From the NCBI RefSeq assembly GCF_009914755.1, contig NC_060925.1: a DNA stretch of 64,000 nucleotides; one strand, written 5' to 3'. The first letter of the stretch is position 1. Each line of letters opens with the position of its first letter. Under the pieces are notes generated by a model. It was not told the DNA's origin. It saw nothing but the letters and a program-made list of their open reading frames with translations, and ran no database searches. Made by a program: the position numbers and the translations under genes. Positions 44,541-58,559 of the stretch are shown one piece after another. This DNA is from the human T2T-CHM13v2.0 reference genome, Homo sapiens.

Positions 44541-46837
44541 ATAATTGTTTTCTCCTGTTATTGATGATTTGAGGTGTATATTTGTTTTGACTTCCCAGTT
44601 TAAAATGTGTCAGCTTCCTCAAAATTCTCATCAGCTGCTTCTTCCAGTCAACAATTATAAACCTCTAGCACTCATTATAATCTCTAGCTTAGCAGATGCT
44701 GTTGTCCAGATAGCAGAAAGGAGCCAAGAGAGGTGCAGTCTCTGAGTCCCCTTGAAAGTTGAGAAAATGCTTAGGTTCTCCAATAATGGTGGAATAGCCC
44801 TTACTTTGGGAATTTTGGTGTAATTGACTGCAATATAATACCTATTAGATGAGGTGCAATTTTTAGCAACCAGTAATGTATAAGGATAATCAGTTTTTTA
44901 GGACAGTTTTATGAGGGACAAATCCTCAGTCCATGAAAGTGTGATATGATATAAAAATTGGAGGGCAGTGCCATTCAACAGCCAATCCATTTCTAATCTC
45001 TAAACAGGCTGTTTTCATTGGGTCCTCACTGCTGTGCAGAACAATCTAGCTCATCTTTTAAGTTGAGATTACCTATTTTTCTTTGTTTCTTAATAGTATT
45101 GAGAACAAATAAACCTTTTCACCATTTGTTTAAGTAACTATTCTGAAATATAACTCTTTCCTCTAGATCTGAATAAATCCAACCATCAGAAGAGCATCCT
45201 AATAACAGCAATAATTTATGGAAAATGATAAATATTGATATTGCTCTGACTCTTTTCTGTTTTCTCAATGAAGAGAATTATATTTTCCTAAAGATATAGT
45301 TGGCCTAAAATGTTTGCGTAGTAAAAATACTTTTAATTAAGTCATCCAGGTGATGAGAGTCAAAAAGGAAAAGAAAAGTCTACTCGTTGTCCCTGAAATA
45401 TTCTCCATAGATCACCTTACCCAAAATAAATAGTTTGTAAATGTGATCATCTTGCTCCAGAGATTTTTATGCATGCAGTGCTTGAAGGTACACACATGTG
45501 AATGGAACACTCACCAGAGAGCCATCAGTGAAGTATTAAAATAATGTTTAGTGTTTGACAAATTAAAGATGCAATCATTTAAAATAGCATCTAGGCAGTT
45601 TTCATGTATCTGTTGCATTGCAGTGGGTATCTTAAATTTCCCAATTGTCACTTAATTCAATAAACAGTCCATCAAAAACTATTAAAAGTAGGTATTGATT
45701 TCTAGATACCATTCTAAAATGCTTTGCCAAGTCTCCATTATCTCAAAAGCATGTGAGAAGTTTATCTTTCTGTGCTCCCCAAACGATGTTCTCCTCATCA
45801 GTCCACTTGATAGCAACATAATGATCATTAAGTATATTTCATAGCTTGGTGACTATGCCATTGGAATTTCTTTAAGTTTCAAGGATAGATAGATAAGTCT
45901 ACACAATAGATATGTTTAGATCTAACATCTCTACATCTTCTTTAGACAGCTGTGTTTAATTTCAGAGACAGTAACGTTTGTTTTTAGGCCCACATTTTCT
46001 CAGAGACATAAAGAACTAAGATAGGACTATACCATTTTTAAGGTCCCACTGACGTTTGAAATTAAGGCAGTGGCACCTTTGAAAAACATATACTCCTATC
46101 TTCTCATCTAAAAGATGTAAAAACTGACTCAGACTGCTAAAGTGGGTTGCTTATGATCACAAGGACAGTTAGAGATAGACAAACCTCAAACATCTTATCA
46201 AATCCCTGGGCAAACCCTTTGATATTAAACTCAGAGACTATCATCAAATATCATTTCAATTGCTAAGGTAGGATCCAAACTAGTTCATCAGCAGGACACC
46301 TCTGAATTTCTTACACCACCTAGTGCATGCTATTACAAGCATCCACTTATTTCAGGAAGGTTTCTGGTAACAGACATCTCATTATTCTGCAACAAAAGCA
46401 CTCATTAAATATTGGGCATAACCTAATAAGATCCTTTGCTGCTGCTCTCACTGAAGTTTTAAAGCAGAAGTTAAAAACAGACAATCATGGGCTGGAGTCA
46501 ATCCTAGATGTATTTGTTTGGCAAACAGTAATTTAAGTATTTTTAATTTAAAATTTTTAATTTGAGAAATTATAACCAATAATCAAAACTTCTTTCCATA
46601 AAAAAATTATATCTGTCAACACTGGTACTGTAGTTCCACTTGGCAACAATCACTAAAACTGACTTGCTGCTCTGCCTTTAGACACGTGTTCCCTGCTTTA
46701 CCAGGGTCTCCATCTCTTCTTATTGTCTTTTGTTCCAGCTGGTTTGTCCCGTTTCTGTACTTGCCTGGTTCCTATGACAGTTGAATTTACAATATAAGTT
46801 TCAGAGCCTTAGTTGACAATTATTTCCTAATGCTTTA

Positions 46838-47169
<332 letters not shown>

Positions 47170-47271
47170 TCAAAGGTATTTACAGGATGAAAATGTTTGA
47201 GGGAAAGTAAAGCACTAATGATACACCAGAAATGGTAATTCATTCTGGATTATTGTAAGCATATTTCATTT

Positions 47272-47539
<268 letters not shown>

Positions 47540-47907
47540 CATATTTCATTTTCTAAGTAAACCATTCACAAGCCCAGGGCTACTGTTAGTAATATAGTCA
47601 ACTCTACCTGGGATAATAGGTGGATGTGATCATTTTTTAAAAATAGTCAAACATGGTATAGAATGATTTCATGTTAACTTATTTCTTTAATTTTACAATT
47701 CTACATTCTCCATCCAAAAATGTTTAAAAGAATGCCAAAAAAAAAAAACCCTATGTTCAGGAGCAATGACTATCACATAATATGCTAACTGAAAAAGTGG
47801 CACAAAGTTTCTGCTTTGTAGTGTCCTCTATTACAATAGTACCCAACTTAGACACAGACACAGCTTAAGGCAAATGCTCGTCGTTCCCCTCCTTTGTCTT
47901 ACAGTCG

Positions 47908-48765
47908 GCAAAGACCTAAATAAATGAAGATACATATTGTGTTCATAAATTGGAAAACTCTATACTTTTAAGATTAAAAATCAGATCTTTTCAAACGAAT
48001 CTATACATCCAATGCAATCTCTGTCAAAAACCTAACAAGACTTTTTTTAAAAAACTAGAAAGCAACAAGCTGGAAAGACAAAATATTTAGAATAGCCAAA
48101 AAATTATTTTAAAAAGAGGAGAAAGCTGGAGGTACCACACTATTCGATTTCCAGACTTACTATAAAGCTACAATAATGAAGAGACTATGGCATTGGCAAA
48201 AATATGGGGATGTGGACTCTTGGAACAGAAATAGATCCACACATACATGGTCAATACATTTTCAAAAAGGTGCAAATGCAAGTCAATGGAAAAAAGATAG
48301 TCTTTTCGAAAAATTGTGTTGTAACAAATGAGATACTCACGTGCAAAAAAATAAAAATAAACTTTAAGCCAAACCTTCTGCTTTATACAAAAATTAACTC
48401 ATAATGAATCAGAGACCTAAATGCAAAACCAATAACTAAAACTTCCAGAAGAAAATGTAGGAGAAAATATTTGGGTTAGACAAAGTTCTTAGATATGACA
48501 CCAAAAGCTAAATCCATAAAAGTAAATTAATGAAGATTAGACTTCAAAACCAAAGATTAGACTTCAAAAGTTCTACTCTTTGAAAGACACTACTAAGAGA
48601 ATGAAAATACAAGCCACATATTGGGAGAAAATATTTGCAAAACATGTACAGGGTCTGATAAAGGACTTGTATCTAGAATACATATATAAAGAAGTCTTAA
48701 AACAAAATAGCAAACAACCCAATTTTTTTAAATGGGCAAAAGATTTGGAAAGACATTTTCACTAT
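47908..48765 (+). mobile_element. Old L1M ORF2 fragment (non-functional)
   Basis: ccagacttactataaagctacaataatg, cagaaatagatccacacatacatggtcaa, tatacaaaaattaactc; ORF-track peptides QATYWEKIFAKH and EIDPHIHGQYIF resemble L1 ORF2. Confidence 0.85.
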
Positions 48766-48769
48766 GGAA

Positions 48770-49102
48770 AAAATATTGGAGTAGAGTGGGCCCTTAACCA
48801 ATATGACTAGTGTCCTTACAAGAAGAGGAGAAGAGACAGACATAGAAGAAGAATGCCAGTTGGCAATGGAGACAGAGATTGGAGTCATGCAGCTGCAAGC
48901 CAAGGCATGCCAAGGATTGCCAGTGATAATAGAATCTAAGAGAAGGGCATGGGACAAATTCTCCACCACAGCTTTCAAAGAGAGCATGGCCCTTCCAACA
49001 CCTTGATTTTGGGCTTCCAGCTTCCAGAACTGCAAGAAGATACATTTCTGTTGTTTTAAGCCACCCAGTTTGTTTTACTTTGTCACAGCAGTCCTAGGAA
49101 AT
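48770..49102 (+). mobile_element. MLT1C-like LTR (partial), followed by (TG)n
   Basis: gagattggagtcatgcagctgcaagccaagg...ttttaagccacccagtttg...cagcagtcctaggaaa. Confidence 0.85.
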
Positions 49103-51719
49103 GTGTGTGTGTGTGTGTGTGGTGTGTATAAATGTGTTATATATTTTCTAATATTATACAAATCTCATGCAAACAGATTCCCTACCTTTCCTCATATGAC
49201 CAGTTCCATGTTTTATTTCAGACATTTCCTAAAGAACTGATATCACTTTATTACTTTTTGTGGTAAGAAACTCATGTGAAATATTAAATACTCACATTTT
49301 TATATTTTACTTCCTTTTAAAAGCTTTTATATAACCTACTGGAAGTGCATAATAATAACAGACTTCATAACTACCATTTATTAAGAAGTTTTTTTGTTCT
49401 GCATCATGTCTAATACTGTAAAGAATTTGGAGGTTATTATTTTAATTGTCCAGAGTAGGAAAGAGGTTTAAAAAGATGAAGTCTCCCACTAGGCTGTGAA
49501 CTATTTTAAAGACTATATCTAATGCATCTGTGTAATCCCTGGAATGTGGTACCAGGTCTGGCTAACACTGTCTTGAGTATTGGACAAATTAATTAAATTT
49601 ACCCCAAGTCACATAGTAAATGAACTGTGGAGCTGGAATTCAAATGAGGCCTGTCATATTACGGCTCCATTTAAATGCATCCAATACCATTTAGAATAAA
49701 CCCAAACTCCTTACTTTGGCTAATAAAGCTCTCAGAATCAGGCACCTAGGGCTCATTTTACACCATCCCTTGCTTCTCCTGACCCTGCAGCCACACTTCT
49801 GTTCAGTTCCTCAACCTCGGCACTAACTGCTCCTCCTGCCGACAGCATCTTCCCTTGTTCTCACTCCTCCATCTTTGCATGGCTCTATCCTTCGAGTTAT
49901 TTGGGTCTCACCTTAAATGCCATCTCCTTAGAAAGGTCTTCCTGATCACCCAGTGTAAAATAGCAACCCATTTACTCCCTATTACTTATAGTCTTGTTTT
50001 AATTTTGTTATATTTAACTTATCATATTCCATGTTTTGTTTCTTCAGTAGTATATTTACAGTCTTTTTCTTCTACTAAACATGCTAAGGTTCATATTTTT
50101 CACTTGCATCTTCTAGATTTAATACAAAAACAAACATTAAGAAAGCTGATTATTTTATTGTATACTTTAAGATAACAAACATATCATTTATCGTGTTCAT
50201 TACTACATCTCCAGAAAATGGAAAGTCTCTGTCACATAGTGGGAACTCAGTTGATACACTTTGAATAAATAATGAATGTTTCATTTCATGCTGTTTCCCT
50301 ATGTCCATGCTTATTGCCCCAAATTCAAGAACTAAATTGTGACACAACCTGGTCCATCTGGCCTATCATACTAGATCTCTGAAATGTTCTAGCAACTCCA
50401 AGGGCTCTGGTACGTCTTTTATCCATACGGCCCTCTGTCTTCCTAATCTGGCAACAGCCTCCTAGTAACTAAAGCAAACTGTGGAAATTAACAGCTGCAC
50501 CACTGACTTCAGGACCACACCAGGGGATTCCCCAGCAGGTGCCAAGTTTAAATATAGGCTACAGGGAATGTTCTATTGCCAGTGTGCAGTGGGATGCCAG
50601 ACAGCTGTGGTACATCGGGATTTCACTGGGCCACGTGTCTCGTTAGTGTTTATATCACCAAGTCATAATTAAAAGGGTTTCTCTTTCTTAAGACCACTTC
50701 TACTTCTTTTATAATATTGGAAAATAAAGAAGTTTCTTGGCATTCTATATATGAATTTGTATGGAACTACTTTATTCCTCTGTCCTTATTGATTTACAAA
50801 TTACCCAAATGTCTTATTTCAATCAAAAAACTTTATAACTTAAATTTGGCCTGTTTACTAATTTGCTAATTTCCTAGTCTTGCTAATAGCTCACAAAAGT
50901 TATTTCATTTGTTTGCAAAGCTTCACTCATGGAGATGCTGTTGACAAAAACCCATGCTTCCCATACTACTTGGTGAAATGCTTAGGAAATTGAAAGTAGA
51001 ATTCAAAGATGCTTCTCTACTTAAATTGTGAATGTGTTTTTACCGTGTTAGTTCAGGTCTACCATTACTTGACAGTGAGTACGTCTTGCACTTTTCAATT
51101 TGATATTAACATGAAAATAAAAAGTCCATCTCAATTCAACAAACTAAATAGTCAATTTGGGCACTGAGGAATAAGCAATAGATACTTCAAGTCTCCTTGA
51201 TAACGCATTAGTCTTTTTCAGACTCAGAACTGAAGATTGAACAGCAAATGGCACATGGACCTTGTATTTATGTAGCATTTTACAGTTTAAAAATAAAGCT
51301 TTATTATTCAGTGACTTTGGATGAATAACTTTCTATAAGATGAGGTGAAAAAAGCAGGATACAAAGTTGTATATTTATATTTTGGTGTTAAGAAAAAGAA
51401 AAAAATTGTTAGTGGTAATCTCGAAGTAGTGGAATAATACATTGCTTTTATTTTGTTCTTTATGCTTTTTGGTATCTTAAAAATTTCTACGGTGAATATG
51501 TACTATTTTACAAATTAAAAAACAATTTTAAAATGCCTTAACGTATTTCAGTAAGTGCTCAGTTATTCTGTAAGTGTAAATATCCTCATTGTACAAATGC
51601 AAAACTGTTTGAGAAGTAGAGGTAGTGACTTACTCCAAAGTTTGAATACTCTTTATTACATTTGCCAACTTTTCACTGAATCCTGCCATCAGCCCCACAC
51701 TGACATGCCAAGGAAATGA

Positions 51720-52090
51720 AGTGTGGTTATAAAAAAGTCTAAAGAAACAGAAGTGGGGGCGTATGTGTGTTTTGTTCATGATTTTGACAAATTGTAAGTG
51801 AGTCAGCGATGCATGCCCATCACAACCTTTTTGAGAAGATCAGTCATGTGAGGCATAAACTGTCGTACAGATCAGAACGCTCCCAATAGTTTGGTTTTGG
51901 TGATAATAACTGCAACCACTTGCTCAAAGTTAAAGGAAAGCAAAAGGAACACACGTCACTGGCCGCTAGCTTACCGACAGCAGCCTACTGTGATTCATTA
52001 TTCTGGCAAACATATTAGAGATAGGAATGTTTTATTTAAAAGTTTTGTACAGTTTAGCAATGTTCAGCGGTTGTGTTTCACAGGACTTCA
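51720..52090. promoter_or_regulatory. Candidate enhancer (motif cluster in unique sequence)
   Basis: RUNX tgtggtt 51722, AP-1/NFE2 tgagtcagc 51799, M-box tcatgtga 51844, CRE-like acacgtca 51951; local CpG excess. Motif evidence only. Confidence 0.35.
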
Positions 52091-52993
52091 CCAGGGATAC
52101 ATCATGTAGGTTTTACAAATGTATCCAAATCAATCATGAATGATTCTCTTAATTTAAGCATATAATATAAAATAATAAACTTCCTTATTTTGTTGTTATA
52201 TTAAATCTGGGAGCTACAAGTGGAAAATATGAACATTAGCATGTTTATTTAATTGATTCAACTATTAAAATATCATAGTCCACTAATTGCAAAGCATTTC
52301 TAAGTACAAATACAATTCTGAAAGCAAATAATAAAATTCTTTCACACTATACTCCACATGGATTGAAAAAAATATATTATGCAATAGCTACTGGCTTTGA
52401 GGAAGGACAGTCTCTTTTTTTTTTTTATTCTCTCCTCTCTTTGTCTCTTTCTGAGAAAAACATGAGTACATAATGACCTCAAAGCTTTGATCACTATGAA
52501 GTTTGGTAACTATGTTAACCTGTTCTGACTAAAATTTCCTGTATCAAATTTTTATAAAAGAATGTGTGTGTATGAGTGTATTGAGGGTCTGTTATGTCAA
52601 TTTCATGTGAATCTTACTTTTTTTTACATTGCTGACCAGAAAGAAAATATTAATCCCAAAAACCTATCAAACATTTTAATTAAAATTGCCAAATATTACT
52701 AATCTTGTTCAGTCAGGCATTACCCACATAAGGTACTGTAATACTAATTCAAGGTACTTGATGCTACTTTGTGACTATTTTATTAGTATAATTAATTGTA
52801 TATACAGTAATTGCTTGTTCTTACTATAAAAATAATCCATGTTTCTAAGAAATTCAAACAAGGCAGGACATAAAGTAGAAATTTAAAGTCCCATCCTGCC
52901 CAATTACACTTGCCATGGGTAAGAGTTTTATGCTCATCTTATATAGCAAACTTTCTGAGAGCACAGAGACAAATTTAGTCAAAGCTGGAGTTC

Positions 52994-53295
<302 letters not shown>

Positions 53296-53839
53296 ATAGC
53301 CGGAGTTCTTACTGCTGCCTCTACTTCTGACTCAGCAAGTGACCCTGAGCATGTAAAGAACAGAACATTTGTTCGTCATAGTAATTCATTCATTCATTGT
53401 TTATTCATTCATTCAACAACTATCTATCTCCAAACTATCTACTGTTGCTGCAGTTTTATCCTTGGAGATTCATTTGGGAGCATATAAGTAATTTTGCTCT
53501 AGAAAATAATTTTTTAAATAATAACATCAGCAAAAACATTTATTTGATAATTACTACATACCCAGCACGAGGTTAAGCACTTTTCATTGGGTATTTTATT
53601 TAATAGTCACACCAACCCTATGGGATAGGGACTATTATTATGCCTATATTCTAACTGAGGAAATGGGGACCTATAGAGGTGGACTGACTTGCTCAAACCA
53701 AAGTCACTCTGCTAGTAAATCCAGTGTAACAACCCAGAGCCACCTCACTCCAAAGCCTGTCCTCCCAGCCACAGAGCTATATTGCTCCTCAATGTAAGTT
53801 TCCAGTGGATAGAGAATGAAGTATTATCAATTATTAATA

Positions 53840-53959
53840 CGTGGTCACACAAGCCACATTTCAAGTGCTCAGTAGCCACTTGTGGCTGGTGAGTACCTTA
53901 TTACACAGCCCGATATAGAACATTTCCATCATCTTAGAAATTTCTATTGGGCAACACTG
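53840..53959. mobile_element. MER3-like MITE fragment
   Basis: agccacatttcaagtgctcagtagccacttgtggctggt...tatagaacatttccatcatc...ttctattgggcaacactg. Confidence 0.7.
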
Positions 53960-54376
53960 GTCTAGATAAAAACCCACCGAGTAAGACAACATTGGGTTTA
54001 CGTAGGTAATTAACCTGATGAAAGGAGAGAAATAGTGAAAGTAGACAATTTAAGAATAAGAAAAGGGATTTAACCATCTGTATTTATCGGAGAAGAAGAG
54101 TTCAGGAAATACTAAGTGAGTAAGAGACAGTAACTATGTAATATTATTGAATTGTTATTGAGAGAAAATTATTTGTAGCTGTGAATATGTTATTAGTTGT
54201 TATATATATAGAAGTTGGAAGTTAGATGAAGTCAGTAATATAAGTGAAAAAAACAATTTTCCAACTCCAGAAACCACCCCAGTGCATTAAGGAGACAAGG
54301 AAGACTAAGTTGATAGTTAGAAGATGAGATCCAAAGGCTGAGAATCCGGGAAGGAAAGCTCTCAGAAGAGGCAAGA

Positions 54377-54525
54377 TTAGGAGATATACCTAATGCTAAA
54401 TGACGAGTTAATGGGTGCAGCACACCAGCATGGCACATGTATACATATGTAACTAACCTGCACATTGTGCACATGTACCCTAAAACTTGAAGTATAATAA
54501 TAATAAAATTTAAAAAATTTTAAAA
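54377..54525 (+). mobile_element. Very short young L1PA (L1PA2/3-like) 3' end
   Basis: ggagatatacctaatgctaaatgacgagttaatgggtgcagcacaccagcatggcacatg...gtaactaacctgcac...agtataataat. Confidence 0.9.
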
Positions 54526-55384
54526 AGTAGATGAATTAAAGCAAGCCCAATGATGTGATAATGGGACAGAGAAATGAAAGAAGGAAATCTGCTGTAAGGA
54601 AGCTGTGGAAATGAATGAGATTGTATTTGGTAAGTGAGCTTCCAGTACAGCGAGCTGCTGGTTACTTGGTTTGTTTCATATGTTATGAATACTGCAAATA
54701 TGTTATAAAAAGAATTGCGGAGTGTAAAATTTATCTTATTCATTTTTGCACAGTTGCTATAATGAAATATCTCAGATTAATAAAACAGTTTCTGCCATCT
54801 AGGAATGTAAAATCTAGAGTGAGACAGGCAACTACAAAGACTCTCTTTCACTCAGCTCCTCTTGTCAGACATGAAGCTGTATTCTTCACACAAATATGTG
54901 CCATACTCACACTATCTCTGCCCAGTAGGCACAGAAACTCCCTGACTCACCAGTACGACATGTTCCTAGAGGCTGTTCTAAGTCCATTTATGCAAAAGTA
55001 CAAAATGACTTTATTCAAGCTATCACTAACATCTTGCCACAAGTTACTTCTTTATTATTACTTAGATTTATTAACTTTCATAGGTGCTCATAAACAAATC
55101 TAGTATTAGAAACAGCATCAAGTGGAAGCAGTTGAAAGTGTAATAGAGGAACTTCTCTATTGTTGACCTATTTTACCAATGAGAATGTTGAGACTCAGAG
55201 TTTCAGTTGCCTAAGGTCAGGTGATTAACAAGTACAGAAGCTAGGGTGAAGCCCTGGGTTTGTGTGCCTACAGAGTTCCTCATGTGAACTGCGTCATGCA
55301 GCCTCTTATCAATTGCATCACAAGACAGAATGGATGAAGGAGGCAGAATTGTTCAGTGGAAAGAGCAGAAGTTTTATCCTCTAT

Positions 55385-55835
55385 TTTAGGATGGGTTCCC
55401 CTAGAAGCAGACCCTGAGGAAAGGATATGTTCATGGATTATTTGGAAAGTGATTCCAGGAAGCACTGCTGGATGAGCTGAAGAAGTAAGACAGAAAGAAG
55501 ATACCCATACAAGGTGTGTTAATGCAAATGTTAATTCTGTAACTGGGAATAAATCCTACTGGGACTTCTGGGAAATTGTGGAGACCAGTCATCAGAACTG
55601 TCCACACAAAAGAGGAAGCTGAGACACTTACACTCCAACTCCTTCCTTTGTTGGCTGAGGTCTACTCTCAAGGCCATAGCTCCAATCTTTCCTGGACTGC
55701 TCCAGGCATGGGCCAAAAGAAAGGCCCAGGTAGAGAGTCTCAGGTGCTTGAAGTCAGAACCCTTTGAAACAGAAAGGCTGGTGTAAGAACAGTGAATGCC
55801 AAGAGGATATAGGCAGGGCATGGACAGCATCTCTA
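55385..55835 (-). mobile_element. LTR16-like (ERVL) LTR relic
   Basis: gggttcccctagaagcagaccctgagg...ttattttggaaagtgattccaggaagcac. Confidence 0.6.
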
Positions 55836-56715
55836 CAACCTTGGGCAGACCTCGATAAGCTTGAATTACACCTCTGCTGATATATGCTTTATGACTGGGC
55901 AAACAAGGATCCCAACAACCCCTAAACATTGTAGTTGGTGGTTATAACTGCTATGTCTCTTCATCTAGAATGATTCTCCATCTCTTTTTTTCTGTAAAAT
56001 TGACCTTTGGCAGAAATTAGAGCAATATTCTGATAGGAGGTCCCATTTCATATTTTGGTCTGATTGTTTCTTCTTCAAGTTGTATTTTAACATGACCTTC
56101 TATTCTCCATATTCCCTGCAAACTTGTTCTTGGATCTAAAGACCTGACTAGATCCAGGCTAACTATTTTGGCAAGAATCCTTCATAGGAGGTGCTCTGTG
56201 CCTCACATTACATCACATAAAGAGGCTCACCACTTCAGGCCGTTCCATTATTAGCTATGCTCAGATTCATCAGTGGGGTAAGGTGGTTACAGCCAGCTCT
56301 CTCTGAGACTCAGATTCTTTATTTGCAATAATGTATAAAAATAACCATACTGCTGGATTCCTATGACAAATAGTATAATCAAAGCACCTAATGCAATTCC
56401 TGAATTCAGTAAGGGCTACATTAATGACAAGTATACCTCATCTGGAATAAGTCCAATGGGAGAAGAGAAGTAACTACATTTGAATGTACCTTTGACATAA
56501 GGACATAATTTTAAACTGAGTTTAAGAACAGATGAGGAAGAATTGCTTTCTGGTATGAGTTATAAAGGAGAATAAAAATACAAAGTATTAAGCCCATATA
56601 ATGGCATGGATTGGAAAAGTTATAAAAGTCAAAGTGGGAAAGTTGTGATAAGGAGAGATTGTTGGAGGATTAGATAGCATATTAAGCAGATGGGATTTTA
56701 TTCTGCAGATGATGG

Positions 56716-57155
56716 TGAGGTAGGAGGTGGGACTCAAACTCTGGACCACATTGAAGACTGAAACAGGCAAGAGGTGAAAGTACCTCTCCACAAGACACGC
56801 CCACCACTGCCATGTCAGTTTACCATTGCCATGGCAACACCCGAAATTACCACCCCTTTCTATGACAATGACCTGGATGTTTCCACCCTTTTTTTAAAAA
56901 TGTCTGCATAATCTACCCCTAAGCATGTAATTAAAAGTAGGTATAAATATGACTGCAGAACTGTTCCTGAGCTGCACACTACTTATGGGGCAGCCCTGTT
57001 CTGCACGGAGCAGTACCTCTGCTGCTGCTATACACTGCCACTTCAATAAAAGTTGCTGTTTAACATCACCAGTTCACCCTTGAATACTTTCCTGGGTGAA
57101 GCCAAGAACCGTCCCAGATTAAGTCCCAGTTTGGGGGCTTGCCTGCCCTGCATCC
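56716..57155 (+). mobile_element. MER66-like (ERV1) solo LTR
   Basis: tgaggtaggaggtgggactc start, aataaa near 57045, cctgggtgaagccaagaacc...gcctgccctgcatc end; TSD atgg (56712-56715, 57156-57159). Confidence 0.75.
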
Positions 57156-57262
57156 ATGGAAAGTCATCAAAGGTGGAATTTTGTTTTGTCTTAGAAATCA
57201 TTTGACTGTTTTTGTTTTTGTTGTTGTTGTTGTTGTTGTTTTTAGGAATAAAGGTGCCAGAG

Positions 57263-57622
57263 CATACACACCATGGAATACTATGCAGCCATAAAAAAGG
57301 ATGAGTTCATGTCCTTTGTAGGGACATGGATGAAGCTGGAAACCATCATTCTCGGCAAACTATCGCAAGGACAAAAAACCAAACACCGCATGTTCTCACT
57401 CAGAGGTGGGAATTGAACAATGAGAACACTTGGACACAGGAAGGGGAACATCACACACCGGGGCCTGTCACGGGGTGCGGGGAGGGGGGAGGGATAGCAT
57501 TAGGACATATACCTGATGTAAATGACGAGTTAATGGGTGCAGCACACCAACATGGCACATGTATACATATGTAACAAACCTGCACATTGTGCACATGTAC
57601 CCTAAAACTTAAAAAAAAAAAA
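57263..57622 (+). mobile_element. 5'-truncated L1PA (about PA4-6) 3' end
   Basis: caccatggaatactatgcagcc...gggatagcattagg...accctaaaactt plus poly-A; perfect TSD aaaggtgccagag at 57250-57262 and 57623-57635. Confidence 0.95.
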
Positions 57623-57639
57623 AAAGGTGCCAGAGATCT

Positions 57640-58090
57640 TTGTTTTCTCTTTAAGATCCTCTCTCACCTTTCTCTAACTGGTTTCCTGCCCACAAGAACC
57701 TGCTCTGTATGCACCCCATCAACAGGCTTTTCTGTTCTCTGGATTCTGTGTGGTTTTGACCACTGGGGAGCCCCAGCAGTGTTGGAGAAGGGAGAGTGAG
57801 GTAAGGGCACTTCCCCTACAGCCTGCCTTGCAGGGTTACTTCAAGATAGTTCTTTCTCCCTACCCAAGAAAACAGTTCTGAAGGTGTGTTCTTCATGGGA
57901 CCCTCTCATTCCAGATTATAGTAATGAGTCTTTTTCTTTCAGGCCAAGGAGTTTCCCTGTAAGTAGCCTGGGGAACTCCAAAATCATAGCTTAGGACTTC
58001 CTTATACCCTGTACAATACCTTTGTGCATAGTCCTTTTATTAACCTCTCCTTGAATTATCTTCATTTGAGTTGCCATACATTTCCTGCTA
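57640..58090 (+). mobile_element. LTR33-like (ERVL) relic
   Basis: ggggagccccagcag...ggagagtgaggtaagggca...cctttgtgcatagtccttttattaacctctcc...tttgagttgccat. Confidence 0.55.
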
Positions 58091-58559
58091 CATTTATTAA
58101 TAGTACAAAAATGACCTCAGGAAACAGATGCTCAAAAGAAGATGCTGGAATCAATTTGCTTATTTATTGTAGGACTTAGAGAAATGAAAGTTCAGATTAT
58201 CCTACCAGGAGAGAATCCCTGTCCAACCATAGTGCTGGCAAAGGGAAAGGAGAACATAGAGATAGGATGTATGGTAGAAAAAGGAATTCTGCTTACCAAA
58301 TTATGCTCTGTGTCCAGCTACAGATTTGGGGATAGTATCAGCTACTGTTGGTGTTATTTGTTTTTCCTTTTTTCCTCTGCTACCTTACGTGGAGAACTCA
58401 GTGATCATTAATGTTTTCATTTCAGGCACAGCTGCTACTCAACTGATGTTACCCTGTTATGATTTGGTAGCTGATGGAACTTCATGTGTCCCCTGTGATG
58501 GAGACACAAACTTTTCCTGCAACGAAAAGTAGATGCTGAGGGGCCAGGAGTGATGGTAC

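Noticed and set aside
48533-48569. 17-bp direct repeat aagattagacttcaaaa
   Set aside because: Ordinary slippage duplication inside a dead L1.
48204-48810. ORFs resembling L1 ORF2
   Set aside because: Fragments of a decayed L1M with stops and frameshifts; not a functional CDS.
54615-55103. 162-aa ORF in apparently unique DNA
   Set aside because: No recognisable homology or domain, composition like random AT-rich sequence, and no promoter or splice support.
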